A DNA stretch of 64,000 nt. Source: Sphingomonadales bacterium. Its GTDB lineage: Bacteria > Pseudomonadota > Alphaproteobacteria > Sphingomonadales > Sphingomonadaceae. Positions 52,506 through 61,187 of this stretch are shown here, in pieces. The notes beneath the pieces were generated by a model, which saw only the letters and a list, made by a program, of their open reading frames with translations, was not told the origin of the DNA and ran no database searches. The translations under genes and the position numbers were made by a program. Each line of letters opens with the position of its first letter. The stretch's first letter is position 1. The stretch spans positions 128-64,127 of the forward strand of contig JBDUBD010000001.1 of assembly GCA_040004295.1 (NCBI GenBank). The letters run 5' to 3'.

Positions 52506-53864
52506 ATGATGTCGAGCCAGCTTGCCCAGAAAGACGCGCGCAGCCAGTTCCACTCGTTCACGTCGCTCAACGACATGAAGGCGGACGGTCCCACTGTCAT
52601 GGCATCGGGGTCCGGGGTGCGTGTCCGCGATGTGAATGGCAAGGAATACATCGATGGGATGGCGGGCCTGTGGTGCGTCAACCTTGGTTATGGTCGTCAG
52701 GAAATTTCGGACGCGATCGCCCGGCAGAGCGAACGGCTGGCGTTCTTCCATACTTTCAACGGTATGAGCACCGATGTGGTGGCGGAATGCGCAGAAGCGT
52801 TGCTTGCCCGCGCACCCGTGCCGATGTCGCGGGTGTTTTTCGGCGTATCGGGAAGCGATGCCAATGAAACCCAGCTCAAGCTGATCTGGCTCTACAATAA
52901 CCTGCGCGGGATGCCGACCAAGAAGAAGGTGATCGCTCGCTGGAACGCCTACCATGGATCGGGCGTGGCCACGGCCAGCCTGACCGGATTGCCGGGCATG
53001 CATAACCTCTTCGACCTTCCCCAGGGTCCGATCCTGCATGTCAGCGCCCCGCACTATTATCGCAATGCGCCGGACGGCATGTCGGAGCGGGATTTCTCGC
53101 GCAAGCTTGCGAAGGAGCTGGAAGACCTGATCGAGCGCGAAGGCGGTGACACGATCGCTGCCTTTTTCGCCGAGGCTGTGATGGGGGCCGGTGGTCTGAT
53201 CCCGCCGCCAGAAGGCTATTTCGACGAGATCATGCCTATCCTCAAGAAGCACGACATTCTCCTCGTTGCAGACGAAGTCGTATCGGGGTTCGGTCGTCTC
53301 GGCACATATTGGGGATGCCAGAGCTATGGCTATCAGCCCGATCTCATCACGTCGGCCAAGGGCGTGACTTCGGGCTATTTCCCGATGTCGGCGGTTTTTA
53401 TTTCGCCCAAGGTTTGGGATGTGATCGAAAACGGTGCCGACAAGCTCGGCGTTTTTGGCCATGGTTACACCTATTCCGGCCATCCGGTCGGCGCGGCGGC
53501 TGCGCTTGTTGCGCTGAAGCTGATCGACGAGCTCAAGGTCGTCGAGAACGTTGCCGATGTGGGGCCGTACATGATGCAGGCACTGCGTGATCGGCTGGGA
53601 CAGCATCCGCATGTCGGCGACATCCGTGGCAAGGGCCTGATGCTGGGCATCGAGCTGATGAAGGATCGCGAGACCAAGGAGATTTTCCCGATGGCCAATC
53701 GCACCGGTCGCCAGGTGCTGAAGGCGGCGGCCGAACGGGGCCTGATCACGCGTGCGCTGGGCGATACGCTGGTCTTTGCGCCACCGCTTGTCATTACGCG
53801 TGCCGACGCAGACGAGATCGTGGACAAGTTTGCAGGGGCTGTGGACGACGTGTTCAAAGCCTGA
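52506..53864 (+). CDS. Class III PLP aminotransferase (omega-amine:pyruvate type)
   Basis: YIDGMAGLWCVNLGYG, SGSDANET, AYHG, ADEVVSGFGRLG, SAKG catalytic Lys; start ATG 52506 or 52491. Confidence 0.93.
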   Translation: MMSSQLAQKDARSQFHSFTSLNDMKADGPTVMASGSGVRVRDVNGKEYIDGMAGLWCVNLGYGRQEISDAIARQSERLAFFHTFNGMSTDVVAECAEALLARAPVPMSRVFFGVSGSDANETQLKLIWLYNNLRGMPTKKKVIARWNAYHGSGVATASLTGLPGMHNLFDLPQGPILHVSAPHYYRNAPDGMSERDFSRKLAKELEDLIEREGGDTIAAFFAEAVMGAGGLIPPPEGYFDEIMPILKKHDILLVADEVVSGFGRLGTYWGCQSYGYQPDLITSAKGVTSGYFPMSAVFISPKVWDVIENGADKLGVFGHGYTYSGHPVGAAAALVALKLIDELKVVENVADVGPYMMQALRDRLGQHPHVGDIRGKGLMLGIELMKDRETKEIFPMANRTGRQVLKAAAERGLITRALGDTLVFAPPLVITRADADEIVDKFAGAVDDVFKA

Positions 53865-53929
53865 ACCATATGTCAGCCCCTTCAGGATCAGCGTTGGTCC
53901 GATGTTACAACCCTTGGGAGGGGTGAACG

Positions 53930-55111
53930 ATGGAACTGAATACCGCCATTGCCGGATTAGCGGCTGCGGAAGCAGGGACCGAGCGGCTCACACGCGGGGG
54001 GCTGATCAGCGCAATTCTCGTCGGCCTGGTTGGCGCGATGGTGATCTTTATCACACCCGGCTTTCTGGCAGTCATTGCCCAGAAGACCGGGTTCGATAAC
54101 GACCAGCTCGGCTATCTGGCCGCGTGGGATATCAACGCGATGGGCGTGACGGTGGGTATCAGCACTTTCTTGCTTGCCCGCGTGCCCTGGCGACGGGCAG
54201 TAGGTCTGGGCCTGATATTGATTGTCATCGGCAATCTGCTGACGGCGGCGGTCGATAGCTTCGCTGCCATGTCTGCGGCGCGTGTGATCGCGGGGGCCGG
54301 TGAGGGCATATCGATCGGTTTCGCATTTGCGGCGCTGGGACGGGCACCCAGTCCCGATCGCGCCTTTTCGATCTATCTGGTCGTCGGCGCGCTTTTGAGT
54401 TCGGCCTTCCTCTATTCGCTACCTGCGATCCAGGCGAACTTTGCCCCATCAACGGTCTTCATTTGTTTCGCAGTTTTTGCCGTGCTGGTGATGACTTCGC
54501 TTCGTGCTTTTCCGGACGGTAGCAAGGACGAACCCGACATTTTCGCCTCGGGAGGCAGGCTCGATATGCGCTTTTCCTCCGGGGCATTGCTCGGCGTGTT
54601 CCTGTTGTTCTTTGCCATGGGCGCGATGTGGAGCTATTCCGAACGCATCGGGCTGGCCAGCGGGCTATCGACGGGGACGATTGCGACGGGGCTTTCGATC
54701 GGCACCATGGCCGGGGTCGTTGGTGCAGGACTGGCCGGAATACTGCCGCGCCGTTGGGGTCGGTCCTGGCCGCTGGTGATCAGCGGCATTTCAGGTGTTG
54801 CGAGCTTCCTGATGTTTCGAGGTCAGGTCGCGTCGAACTCCTTCATTATCGCGATCGTCCTGCTGATGTTCAGCTGGAACTTCGCCCAGCCGTTGCTCTC
54901 GGGGATTTGCGCGGAAGCGTGCAAGCGCGGTCGGATTGTTTGTGCGATGGGGTCGATTCAGACCTTTGGAACTGGCCTGGGACCGGCAGCAGCTGCGGCG
55001 ACGCTGGGTACTGGATCGTTTCTGGTCGCGATCTATGCCTCCAGCCTGATACTCGCCCTGAGCATCGCGGTAACAATCGCGACGATCACCCGCGGACAGC
55101 GTTTGGCTTGA
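53930..55111 (+). CDS. MFS transporter
   Basis: About 12 hydrophobic helices, ARVPWRR loop, ARVIAGAGEG. Confidence 0.85.
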   Translation: MELNTAIAGLAAAEAGTERLTRGGLISAILVGLVGAMVIFITPGFLAVIAQKTGFDNDQLGYLAAWDINAMGVTVGISTFLLARVPWRRAVGLGLILIVIGNLLTAAVDSFAAMSAARVIAGAGEGISIGFAFAALGRAPSPDRAFSIYLVVGALLSSAFLYSLPAIQANFAPSTVFICFAVFAVLVMTSLRAFPDGSKDEPDIFASGGRLDMRFSSGALLGVFLLFFAMGAMWSYSERIGLASGLSTGTIATGLSIGTMAGVVGAGLAGILPRRWGRSWPLVISGISGVASFLMFRGQVASNSFIIAIVLLMFSWNFAQPLLSGICAEACKRGRIVCAMGSIQTFGTGLGPAAAAATLGTGSFLVAIYASSLILALSIAVTIATITRGQRLA

Positions 55112-55172
55112 ACGCGTTACAGCAAGATTTGGCAGGGCCGGGCCGGGGGGCGCGGCTCATCTGCCAAAGGCT

Positions 55173-55628
55173 TTAAGTGAGGCGCTTGGAATAACCGTCG
55201 AGCGTGGTGTTTCGCGACCAACCGCGCGTTTCATAGAGTTGCTGTGCCCTGTGGTTGGTCCGAGCTGTCTGCAGATTGATCCGGACAGCACCCCTTTCAG
55301 CAGCAAATGCTTCGGCCCGGTTCAGCAATACGGCACCGATGCCGCTGCCACGAATGGCGGGGAGTACAAACAGATCGTTCAATATGCAGATCGATCCTGC
55401 GAACACCGAACAGAAGCTGAAATAGATCTGGCAGAAGCCGACGATTCCGCCATCGGCGTCTTCGGCTACGAAGATTGCGGACTGACCCTTTTCCATTCGC
55501 TCCTGGATGAAATGCAACGCCAGCGGTTCGTCGGGCGCCATGTCGTAGAATTGCCGGTACAGATCGAATAAGCTCGCCACGGCCGGCACATCGGCGAGAG
55601 TTGCCTGGCGGATTTTAAAGGCATTCAT
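55173..55628 (-). CDS. GNAT N-acetyltransferase (SSAT-like)
   Basis: IRQATLAD, ILNDLFV, RGSGIG acetyl-CoA motif; start ATG 55628. Confidence 0.88.
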   Translation of the reverse strand: MNAFKIRQATLADVPAVASLFDLYRQFYDMAPDEPLALHFIQERMEKGQSAIFVAEDADGGIVGFCQIYFSFCSVFAGSICILNDLFVLPAIRGSGIGAVLLNRAEAFAAERGAVRINLQTARTNHRAQQLYETRGWSRNTTLDGYSKRLT

Positions 55629-55679
55629 CAAAAATGTCTCCTGATCTGCGGCCCCGCCGCGAGGCGGCGGGCGCATCGA

Positions 55680-56483
55680 TCAAAGGAAGACCGCGCGGGA
55701 CAGGCCACCGTCGACGGCGATTGATTCCCCGGTGATTCCGCTGCCGAGTTGCGAGCACAGGAACACGATCGGGTCGGCCACTTCCTGGACCTCGAGCATA
55801 CGTTTCAGCGCGGCTGGATCACCGGCTTCACGGGCGACGATGGCGTCCACCGTGGTACCTTCTTCAGCGGCCATCTCGGCAAACCATTCCTCGATATGTT
55901 CCGTCCTGGTGACGCCGGGATGGATGATGTTGACGGTGATGCCGTCGCGGCCGACTTCGTCCGACAATGTCTTGGTGAAGTGAACCAATGCGGTATTGCG
56001 CATGCCCGAAAGCGCTTCGGTGCAGCGCGCTGTCAACCCGCCAACATTGACGATTCGACCCCAGCCGGCCTTGCGCATGTGCGGCACACACGCCTTGGCG
56101 GTACGAAAATAGCCGAACAGCTTGGTGTTGAGATCGAGCATCAGCGCATCTTCGTCGGCCTGTTCGATGGCGTTACGAACTAGCCCTCCGGGAGCGGCCG
56201 CACAATTGACCAGGATATGGATAGCTCCGAACCTGGCCACAGTCGCATCGATCAGCGCCTGGACCGACTCCTTGGAGGTCGTGTCGGTCGGCACGGCAAT
56301 GATGTCGCCACCCGTCTCTGTGCGCAGTTCCTCTGCGGCGGCTTCAAGCTTGCTGACCGTACGGGCAGCGATTGCCACTTTGGCACCAGCCATCAGCAGC
56401 TTGCGGGCGGTTTCCTTGCCGATCCCGACGCCGCCGCCGGTAATCACGGCGACCTTGCCCTCAAGTCCCAGTTCCAGATGCAT
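55680..56483 (-). CDS. Atypical SDR lacking the Ser/Tyr/Lys catalytic residues
   Basis: TGGGVGIG Rossmann motif, GITVNIIHPG, TGESIAVDGG; the YxxxK position reads SGMRN. Confidence 0.85.
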   Translation of the reverse strand: MHLELGLEGKVAVITGGGVGIGKETARKLLMAGAKVAIAARTVSKLEAAAEELRTETGGDIIAVPTDTTSKESVQALIDATVARFGAIHILVNCAAAPGGLVRNAIEQADEDALMLDLNTKLFGYFRTAKACVPHMRKAGWGRIVNVGGLTARCTEALSGMRNTALVHFTKTLSDEVGRDGITVNIIHPGVTRTEHIEEWFAEMAAEEGTTVDAIVAREAGDPAALKRMLEVQEVADPIVFLCSQLGSGITGESIAVDGGLSRAVFL

Positions 56484-56497
56484 TGTCTTTTCTCCTT

Positions 56498-57271
56498 CTA
56501 ATTTGATGAACGCAGCGAGACGCGCGCCGCTTCGGCACCGTCAAAATCCACCCGGATCACATCGCCCGAAAATATCTCGGTAGCCCCGGTGCAGGTTCCC
56601 GAAGCGATGAGTTGTTCGCGCTTGAGACTACCCTGTTCGTTATCGCGCAGCCAGTTTGCGAGCCAGACCAGGGCATCGAGCGGATCGTGCATGACGCGTT
56701 TTGTGGATCCTTCGACCGGAGCCTCCGCGTTGCGCGTGAGGGTGGCTGACATGGCGGCGAAACGCTCGTCCCATATGGACGCTAGTTTGCGACCGAGGAC
56801 CAGTCCGTGGCCCATCACATTGTCTGCGATCAGCAGTGGAAGGGGAAGGTCGCTTTCCACAAAGCGGCTACGGACGATCTCTATGCCGGCATAGACGCCC
56901 TTGATCGCGCCGCAGAGGTCTTCGCGGGTATATGGTTCTGGCTGTAACGGCAGATCCTGGCCCATTTCAAAGACGATTTCTGCTTCAGCGTACATTTCTG
57001 GTTGGCAGAAAGCGATTTCGCTGCGGTCGGCGTAGATCGCGCTTGCGGCTAGTCGGCCGACGACCGGCTCGCTTGCGCTGAATGCATCGCGTGCACTCTG
57101 GCTGGTGAGCCCCAGCTTCCACACCATAACCGGCAGCGCGCTGCGTGCCGCTATCCGGCGTTGAATTGCGTATGCCACGTCAATTGTCGGCTGCAGTTCC
57201 GGCAGCGGTATGCCGACGCCAGGTTCTGCCGCGAGCAACGCGTGTTGCAAGTCGCTATCGATGTTCCGCAC
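56498..57271 (-). CDS. 2-keto-4-pentenoate hydratase-like (FAH superfamily, MhpD-like)
   Basis: WKLGLTS, EAEIVF, GIEI, IADN, DPLDALVWLAN, IASGT; GTG start at 57271. Confidence 0.85.
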   Translation of the reverse strand: MRNIDSDLQHALLAAEPGVGIPLPELQPTIDVAYAIQRRIAARSALPVMVWKLGLTSQSARDAFSASEPVVGRLAASAIYADRSEIAFCQPEMYAEAEIVFEMGQDLPLQPEPYTREDLCGAIKGVYAGIEIVRSRFVESDLPLPLLIADNVMGHGLVLGRKLASIWDERFAAMSATLTRNAEAPVEGSTKRVMHDPLDALVWLANWLRDNEQGSLKREQLIASGTCTGATEIFSGDVIRVDFDGAEAARVSLRSSN

Positions 57272-57446
57272 CGGATCCTCCTGCGGCCACCAGCGACCGG
57301 TCAATTGTCCCGAATATGCAACAACGCAACTTTGAAATCTAGTATTGTTTACATTTAGTGATTGAGTTAGTTGTCGTCTGGATTCGCCGCAAGGGTCATC
57401 CGTGCCGTGTGGGCGAATTTGGATTCCGCAGGTTGAAAGTAGTGCC

Positions 57447-58955
57447 ATGACCGATAAGTCCGCAACATTTGCTCAGGCCGAAGCGCTGGGTGCCGCCATG
57501 GCGAAACGCCCTTTGGGGCTGATCATCGATGGCAAGTCGGTGCCGGCGCAGTCGGGTAAAACATTTGCCACGCTCAACCCGGCGACTGGCAAGGAAATCT
57601 GTCAGGTGGCGGAGGGCGGCGTTGCCGATGTCGATCTGGCGGTCAAGGCGGCCCGCAAGGCTTTGATCGATCCTTCCTGGCGCGACATGAGCGCGGTTGA
57701 TCGGTCGAAGCTACTCAACCGCCTGGCCGATCTCATCGAGCGGGATGCCGCAGAGTTGGCCGTGCTGGAATGCATGGACAACGGCAAGCCGGCGACGCTC
57801 ACAATGGGGGTCGAGATCGAAGGGTCGATCAAGACCTTTCGCTATTTTGCTGGCTGGCCGACCAAATTCGGTGGGGAAACACTGCCGGTTTCACCGCGCA
57901 GCGGGGCCAAGATTCTCAATTACACCGTGCGCGAGCCAGTCGGCGTTTGCGGGTTGATCGTGCCGTGGAACTACCCCATGTCGATGGCGGCGTGGAAGGT
58001 GGCTCCGGCGTTGGCCGCAGGCTGCACCGTTATCCTGAAACCCGCCGAGCAAACCCCGCTGACCGCGTTGCGTCTGGCCGAACTTGCGCTTGAAGCGGGC
58101 GTGCCGCCGGGCGTTTTCAACGTCATCACCGGTTTTGGCGAAGCGGGCGCGGCTCTGGTCGATCACCCCGGTGTCGACAAGGTCGCCTTCACTGGTTCGA
58201 CGGAAGTTGGCAAAGCGATTGTACGGGGTTCGACCGGGAACCTGAAAAAGGTGAGTCTGGAACTGGGTGGGAAGTCGCCGCAGATCGTTCTGCCGGATGC
58301 CGATCTCGATGCTGCCGCAGCTTCGATCGCTTCAGGCATTTTCTTCAATCAAGGACAGACATGCACCGCGGGCTCGCGATTGTATGCCCATGCTTCAATC
58401 CATGACGATCTGCTCAGTCGTATCGCCGATCATGCTGCACGCCTGACCATTGGCAACGGCCTCGACCCCACGGTCAATTTCGGTCCGCTGGTGTCACAGG
58501 AGCAATGGGACCGCGTAAATTCCTACGTCGAAATCGGCAAAGCCGAAGGTGCCGAGGTGATGATTGGTGGCAGCCGACCCAAGGGACTCGGGGAGGGCTT
58601 CTTTTTCGAGCCGACAATCATGGCCAACGCCGGACGTGACATGCGTATCGTGCGCGAAGAAATATTTGGTCCGGTGTTGAGTGCGCTTAGCTGGAGTGAT
58701 CCGGCCGATCTGGTCGCCCAGGCCAATGATTCCGATTTTGGCCTCTCGGCCGGAATCTGGACCAACGATCTGAGGCAGGCACACCGACTGGCCAGCGCGG
58801 TCAAGGCGGGCACGGTGTGGATCAACTGCTTTAACCTTGTCGACAATGCGACGCCGTTCGGCGGCTTCAAACAGTCGGGTTGGGGCCGCGAGCATGGTCG
58901 TCAGGCCATGGAACTCTACAGCGAAATCAAGAGTATATGGGTTAATTTGAGCTGA
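57447..58955 (+). CDS. NAD-dependent aldehyde dehydrogenase (arylacetaldehyde-DH-like)
   Basis: PWNYP, FTGSTEVG, LELGGKSP (Glu), FNQGQTCTAG (Cys), EEIFGPV, PFGGFKQSG. Confidence 0.96.
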   Translation: MTDKSATFAQAEALGAAMAKRPLGLIIDGKSVPAQSGKTFATLNPATGKEICQVAEGGVADVDLAVKAARKALIDPSWRDMSAVDRSKLLNRLADLIERDAAELAVLECMDNGKPATLTMGVEIEGSIKTFRYFAGWPTKFGGETLPVSPRSGAKILNYTVREPVGVCGLIVPWNYPMSMAAWKVAPALAAGCTVILKPAEQTPLTALRLAELALEAGVPPGVFNVITGFGEAGAALVDHPGVDKVAFTGSTEVGKAIVRGSTGNLKKVSLELGGKSPQIVLPDADLDAAAASIASGIFFNQGQTCTAGSRLYAHASIHDDLLSRIADHAARLTIGNGLDPTVNFGPLVSQEQWDRVNSYVEIGKAEGAEVMIGGSRPKGLGEGFFFEPTIMANAGRDMRIVREEIFGPVLSALSWSDPADLVAQANDSDFGLSAGIWTNDLRQAHRLASAVKAGTVWINCFNLVDNATPFGGFKQSGWGREHGRQAMELYSEIKSIWVNLS

Positions 58956-58993
58956 GGAACAGCCCGACACAAACCCTTCAAGCAGGAGCGAAC

Positions 58994-60028
58994 ATGAGCA
59001 AGACCTTGATAGTCGCGACCGATGGGCAAGCCGTGATGCGGACCCACGATGACGGCAAGAGCTGGTATCGGATCAATATTCAGCAGGATCTGGAATATGA
59101 CGATCGCGTCCGGTGTTTGCTCGTTGATCCTGCCAACCCCGAAGCGTTATTTGCCGGTGCAGAAAAGGGGCTGTTCTACAGTGCCGACCAAGGCGTGCAC
59201 TGGAGCCGGGTCGACTGCGCGCTGAACGGATTTGCGGTATGGAAGCTGGTGGCGAGCGAAAGCGATCCCAAGGTGCTTTATGCCGGGACAGGCGCTCCGT
59301 CGCTCTCGATCCTGTTCCGTTCGCGCGATGGTGGCAAGGTCTGGGAGCGGTCCACGCTCGAGATGCCTGAATTCTGCGCCGGGGTAAACCGCCCGCGGAT
59401 GCTGGCGCTGGCTGTCGATCCGGACGATGCGAACGACGTGTGGGCGGGGATCGAGGAAGGCGGCCTGCACCGCAGCCGCGACGGCGGCAATAACTGGGAA
59501 CGGATCGACACCACATGGTCCGAGTTCGGCGGAAATTCCGACCTGCACGACATCATGGTCCTCAAGCAGGATGATGGATCGAAGGTTCACCTCGCGCTGA
59601 CCGTCATCGCGCTTTATCGATCGACGGACGACGGCAAGACCTGGACGCGCTTGCCCGCCAAGGAAAGCTGGGGCTTGCGGTATTCGCGACTGCTCATGCG
59701 CAAGCCGGGCAGCGGTCGGGAGATTGCTGTCGGCATCGGTGACGGTACTCCCGGAACACAGGCTGCGATCCTGACCTCGTCCGATGCGGGTCTGACCTGG
59801 GCCAAGGCTGATCTCGATACCCCGTCGAACTCGTGCATGTGGGCTTTCGGTACGAACCCTGCCGATCCCGATTTCCAGCTTGCGGCCAGCAAATTCGGGT
59901 ATCTCTATCGCTCGACCAATGGCGGTAAGTCGTGGATCAAGGAATGGCGCGAGTTTAACGAGATCACCGATCTCGCCTGGGTGCCGGGTGTGCCGACCGA
60001 CTTGGGATTGCCGCATGTCACGAACTGA
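58994..60028 (+). CDS. Cytoplasmic Asp-box (BNR) beta-propeller protein, function unknown
   Basis: Seven SxDxGxxW repeats; no signal peptide. Confidence 0.8.
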   Translation: MSKTLIVATDGQAVMRTHDDGKSWYRINIQQDLEYDDRVRCLLVDPANPEALFAGAEKGLFYSADQGVHWSRVDCALNGFAVWKLVASESDPKVLYAGTGAPSLSILFRSRDGGKVWERSTLEMPEFCAGVNRPRMLALAVDPDDANDVWAGIEEGGLHRSRDGGNNWERIDTTWSEFGGNSDLHDIMVLKQDDGSKVHLALTVIALYRSTDDGKTWTRLPAKESWGLRYSRLLMRKPGSGREIAVGIGDGTPGTQAAILTSSDAGLTWAKADLDTPSNSCMWAFGTNPADPDFQLAASKFGYLYRSTNGGKSWIKEWREFNEITDLAWVPGVPTDLGLPHVTN

Positions 60029-60500
60029 GAAATCGCCGATCCACGTCAGCAAGATCGCCCATGTCGTTCTGTTCGTCAGGGATCCGGAGGCTTCGGCGAA
60101 GTGGTACGAGGACGTGCTCAATATGACGATTGTCACCCGTGCGGCCGATGGGCCGTACAAGGGGGGCGTCTTCCTGAGTTTCGGGGTCAGCGATCACGAC
60201 ATTGCCTTGTTTCCGGGCGATCCCGGCGCAAGCAGGGGCAAGGAGTTCGAGCACATCGGATTGATCATGGCTGGAACGAGCATGGACGATCTGCGCCGCA
60301 ATCACGCCTTTTTCACCGAGCGCGGTGTGGAGATTGCCGAGATCCTCAACCACGGGGTGTCTACCGGCATCTACTTCTACGATCCGGACGGTCATATGCT
60401 GGAGGTTTTCTGCCAGCACATTCCCCAGAACGGAGCCTCGCAAGTCGAATTGCGGCGCAACGAGGGGCAGGCCGACCCGGTCGACCCGATCTCGCTTTAA
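60015..60500 (+). CDS. Single-domain VOC protein, probable extradiol dioxygenase
   Basis: H16, H61, H80, H113, Y120, E130 follow the order and spacing of the type I extradiol catalytic domain. Confidence 0.75.
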   Translation: MSRTEKSPIHVSKIAHVVLFVRDPEASAKWYEDVLNMTIVTRAADGPYKGGVFLSFGVSDHDIALFPGDPGASRGKEFEHIGLIMAGTSMDDLRRNHAFFTERGVEIAEILNHGVSTGIYFYDPDGHMLEVFCQHIPQNGASQVELRRNEGQADPVDPISL

Positions 60501-60578
60501 ATTTCACGCAATGGCCGGGGCAGGGTGCCTGCGGCCAGCGCCCCAGGCGAAACGCCGAGGCCGATTAGGGAGAATAGC

Positions 60579-61184
60579 ATGACGACCTACGCACCGAACT
60601 TCGGTCCATTCCACATCCGCAAATGGTTCAGTCAGGTCGAGGAGATCTGGGCCGGCGAAACCGGTGTCGCCGCTGATGGTGCTCCGCTGATCAAGTATAT
60701 GATCGCGGCTTGCATCAAGAATCCCTATTCCGGCGAGTTCATCGAAGATCTGTCGGCTTGGATCGATGCTTCGCCCGCGCTGGGAACGGAAATCGGCCGA
60801 CGGCTCAACGCGCTTTCGGGCGGGGCCAGGATCGAAAGCTATGGCAAGGCCATCATGGTCGGGATCGATGGAGAATACGAACATGGCAATGCCCTGCTGA
60901 CCAATCCAGCCGCCAATCCCGTGCGTGACGCGATAGGCGGCGGTGCCTCTTGGGTTCCCTCAACCGGAAAGCGCGGCGTTCCCGGCACGATCCTCGACAT
61001 CCCTTTCGGTCACAAGGACGCGCTGTACGTTCGCTCGCACTACGACACGATGAGCGTCTCGTTCGGCGACGCGCCCAATCGTGACGAAGTGATCGTGTGC
61101 TGGGCCTTTGCCACGCGCGGTCGCCTCAATGCGCGCCTGGGCGGCCTGAAAGCCGAAGACGCCGTAGGCAATGGCCTGACCTGA
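60579..61184 (+). CDS. DUF1185 (PF06684 'amino acid synthesis' family) protein
   Basis: IKNPYSG, IESYGKAIMVGIDGEYEHG, IPFGHKDA..RSHYD, DAP..DE, GRLNARLGG. Confidence 0.85.
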   Translation: MTTYAPNFGPFHIRKWFSQVEEIWAGETGVAADGAPLIKYMIAACIKNPYSGEFIEDLSAWIDASPALGTEIGRRLNALSGGARIESYGKAIMVGIDGEYEHGNALLTNPAANPVRDAIGGGASWVPSTGKRGVPGTILDIPFGHKDALYVRSHYDTMSVSFGDAPNRDEVIVCWAFATRGRLNARLGGLKAEDAVGNGLT

Positions 61185-61187
61185 ACG

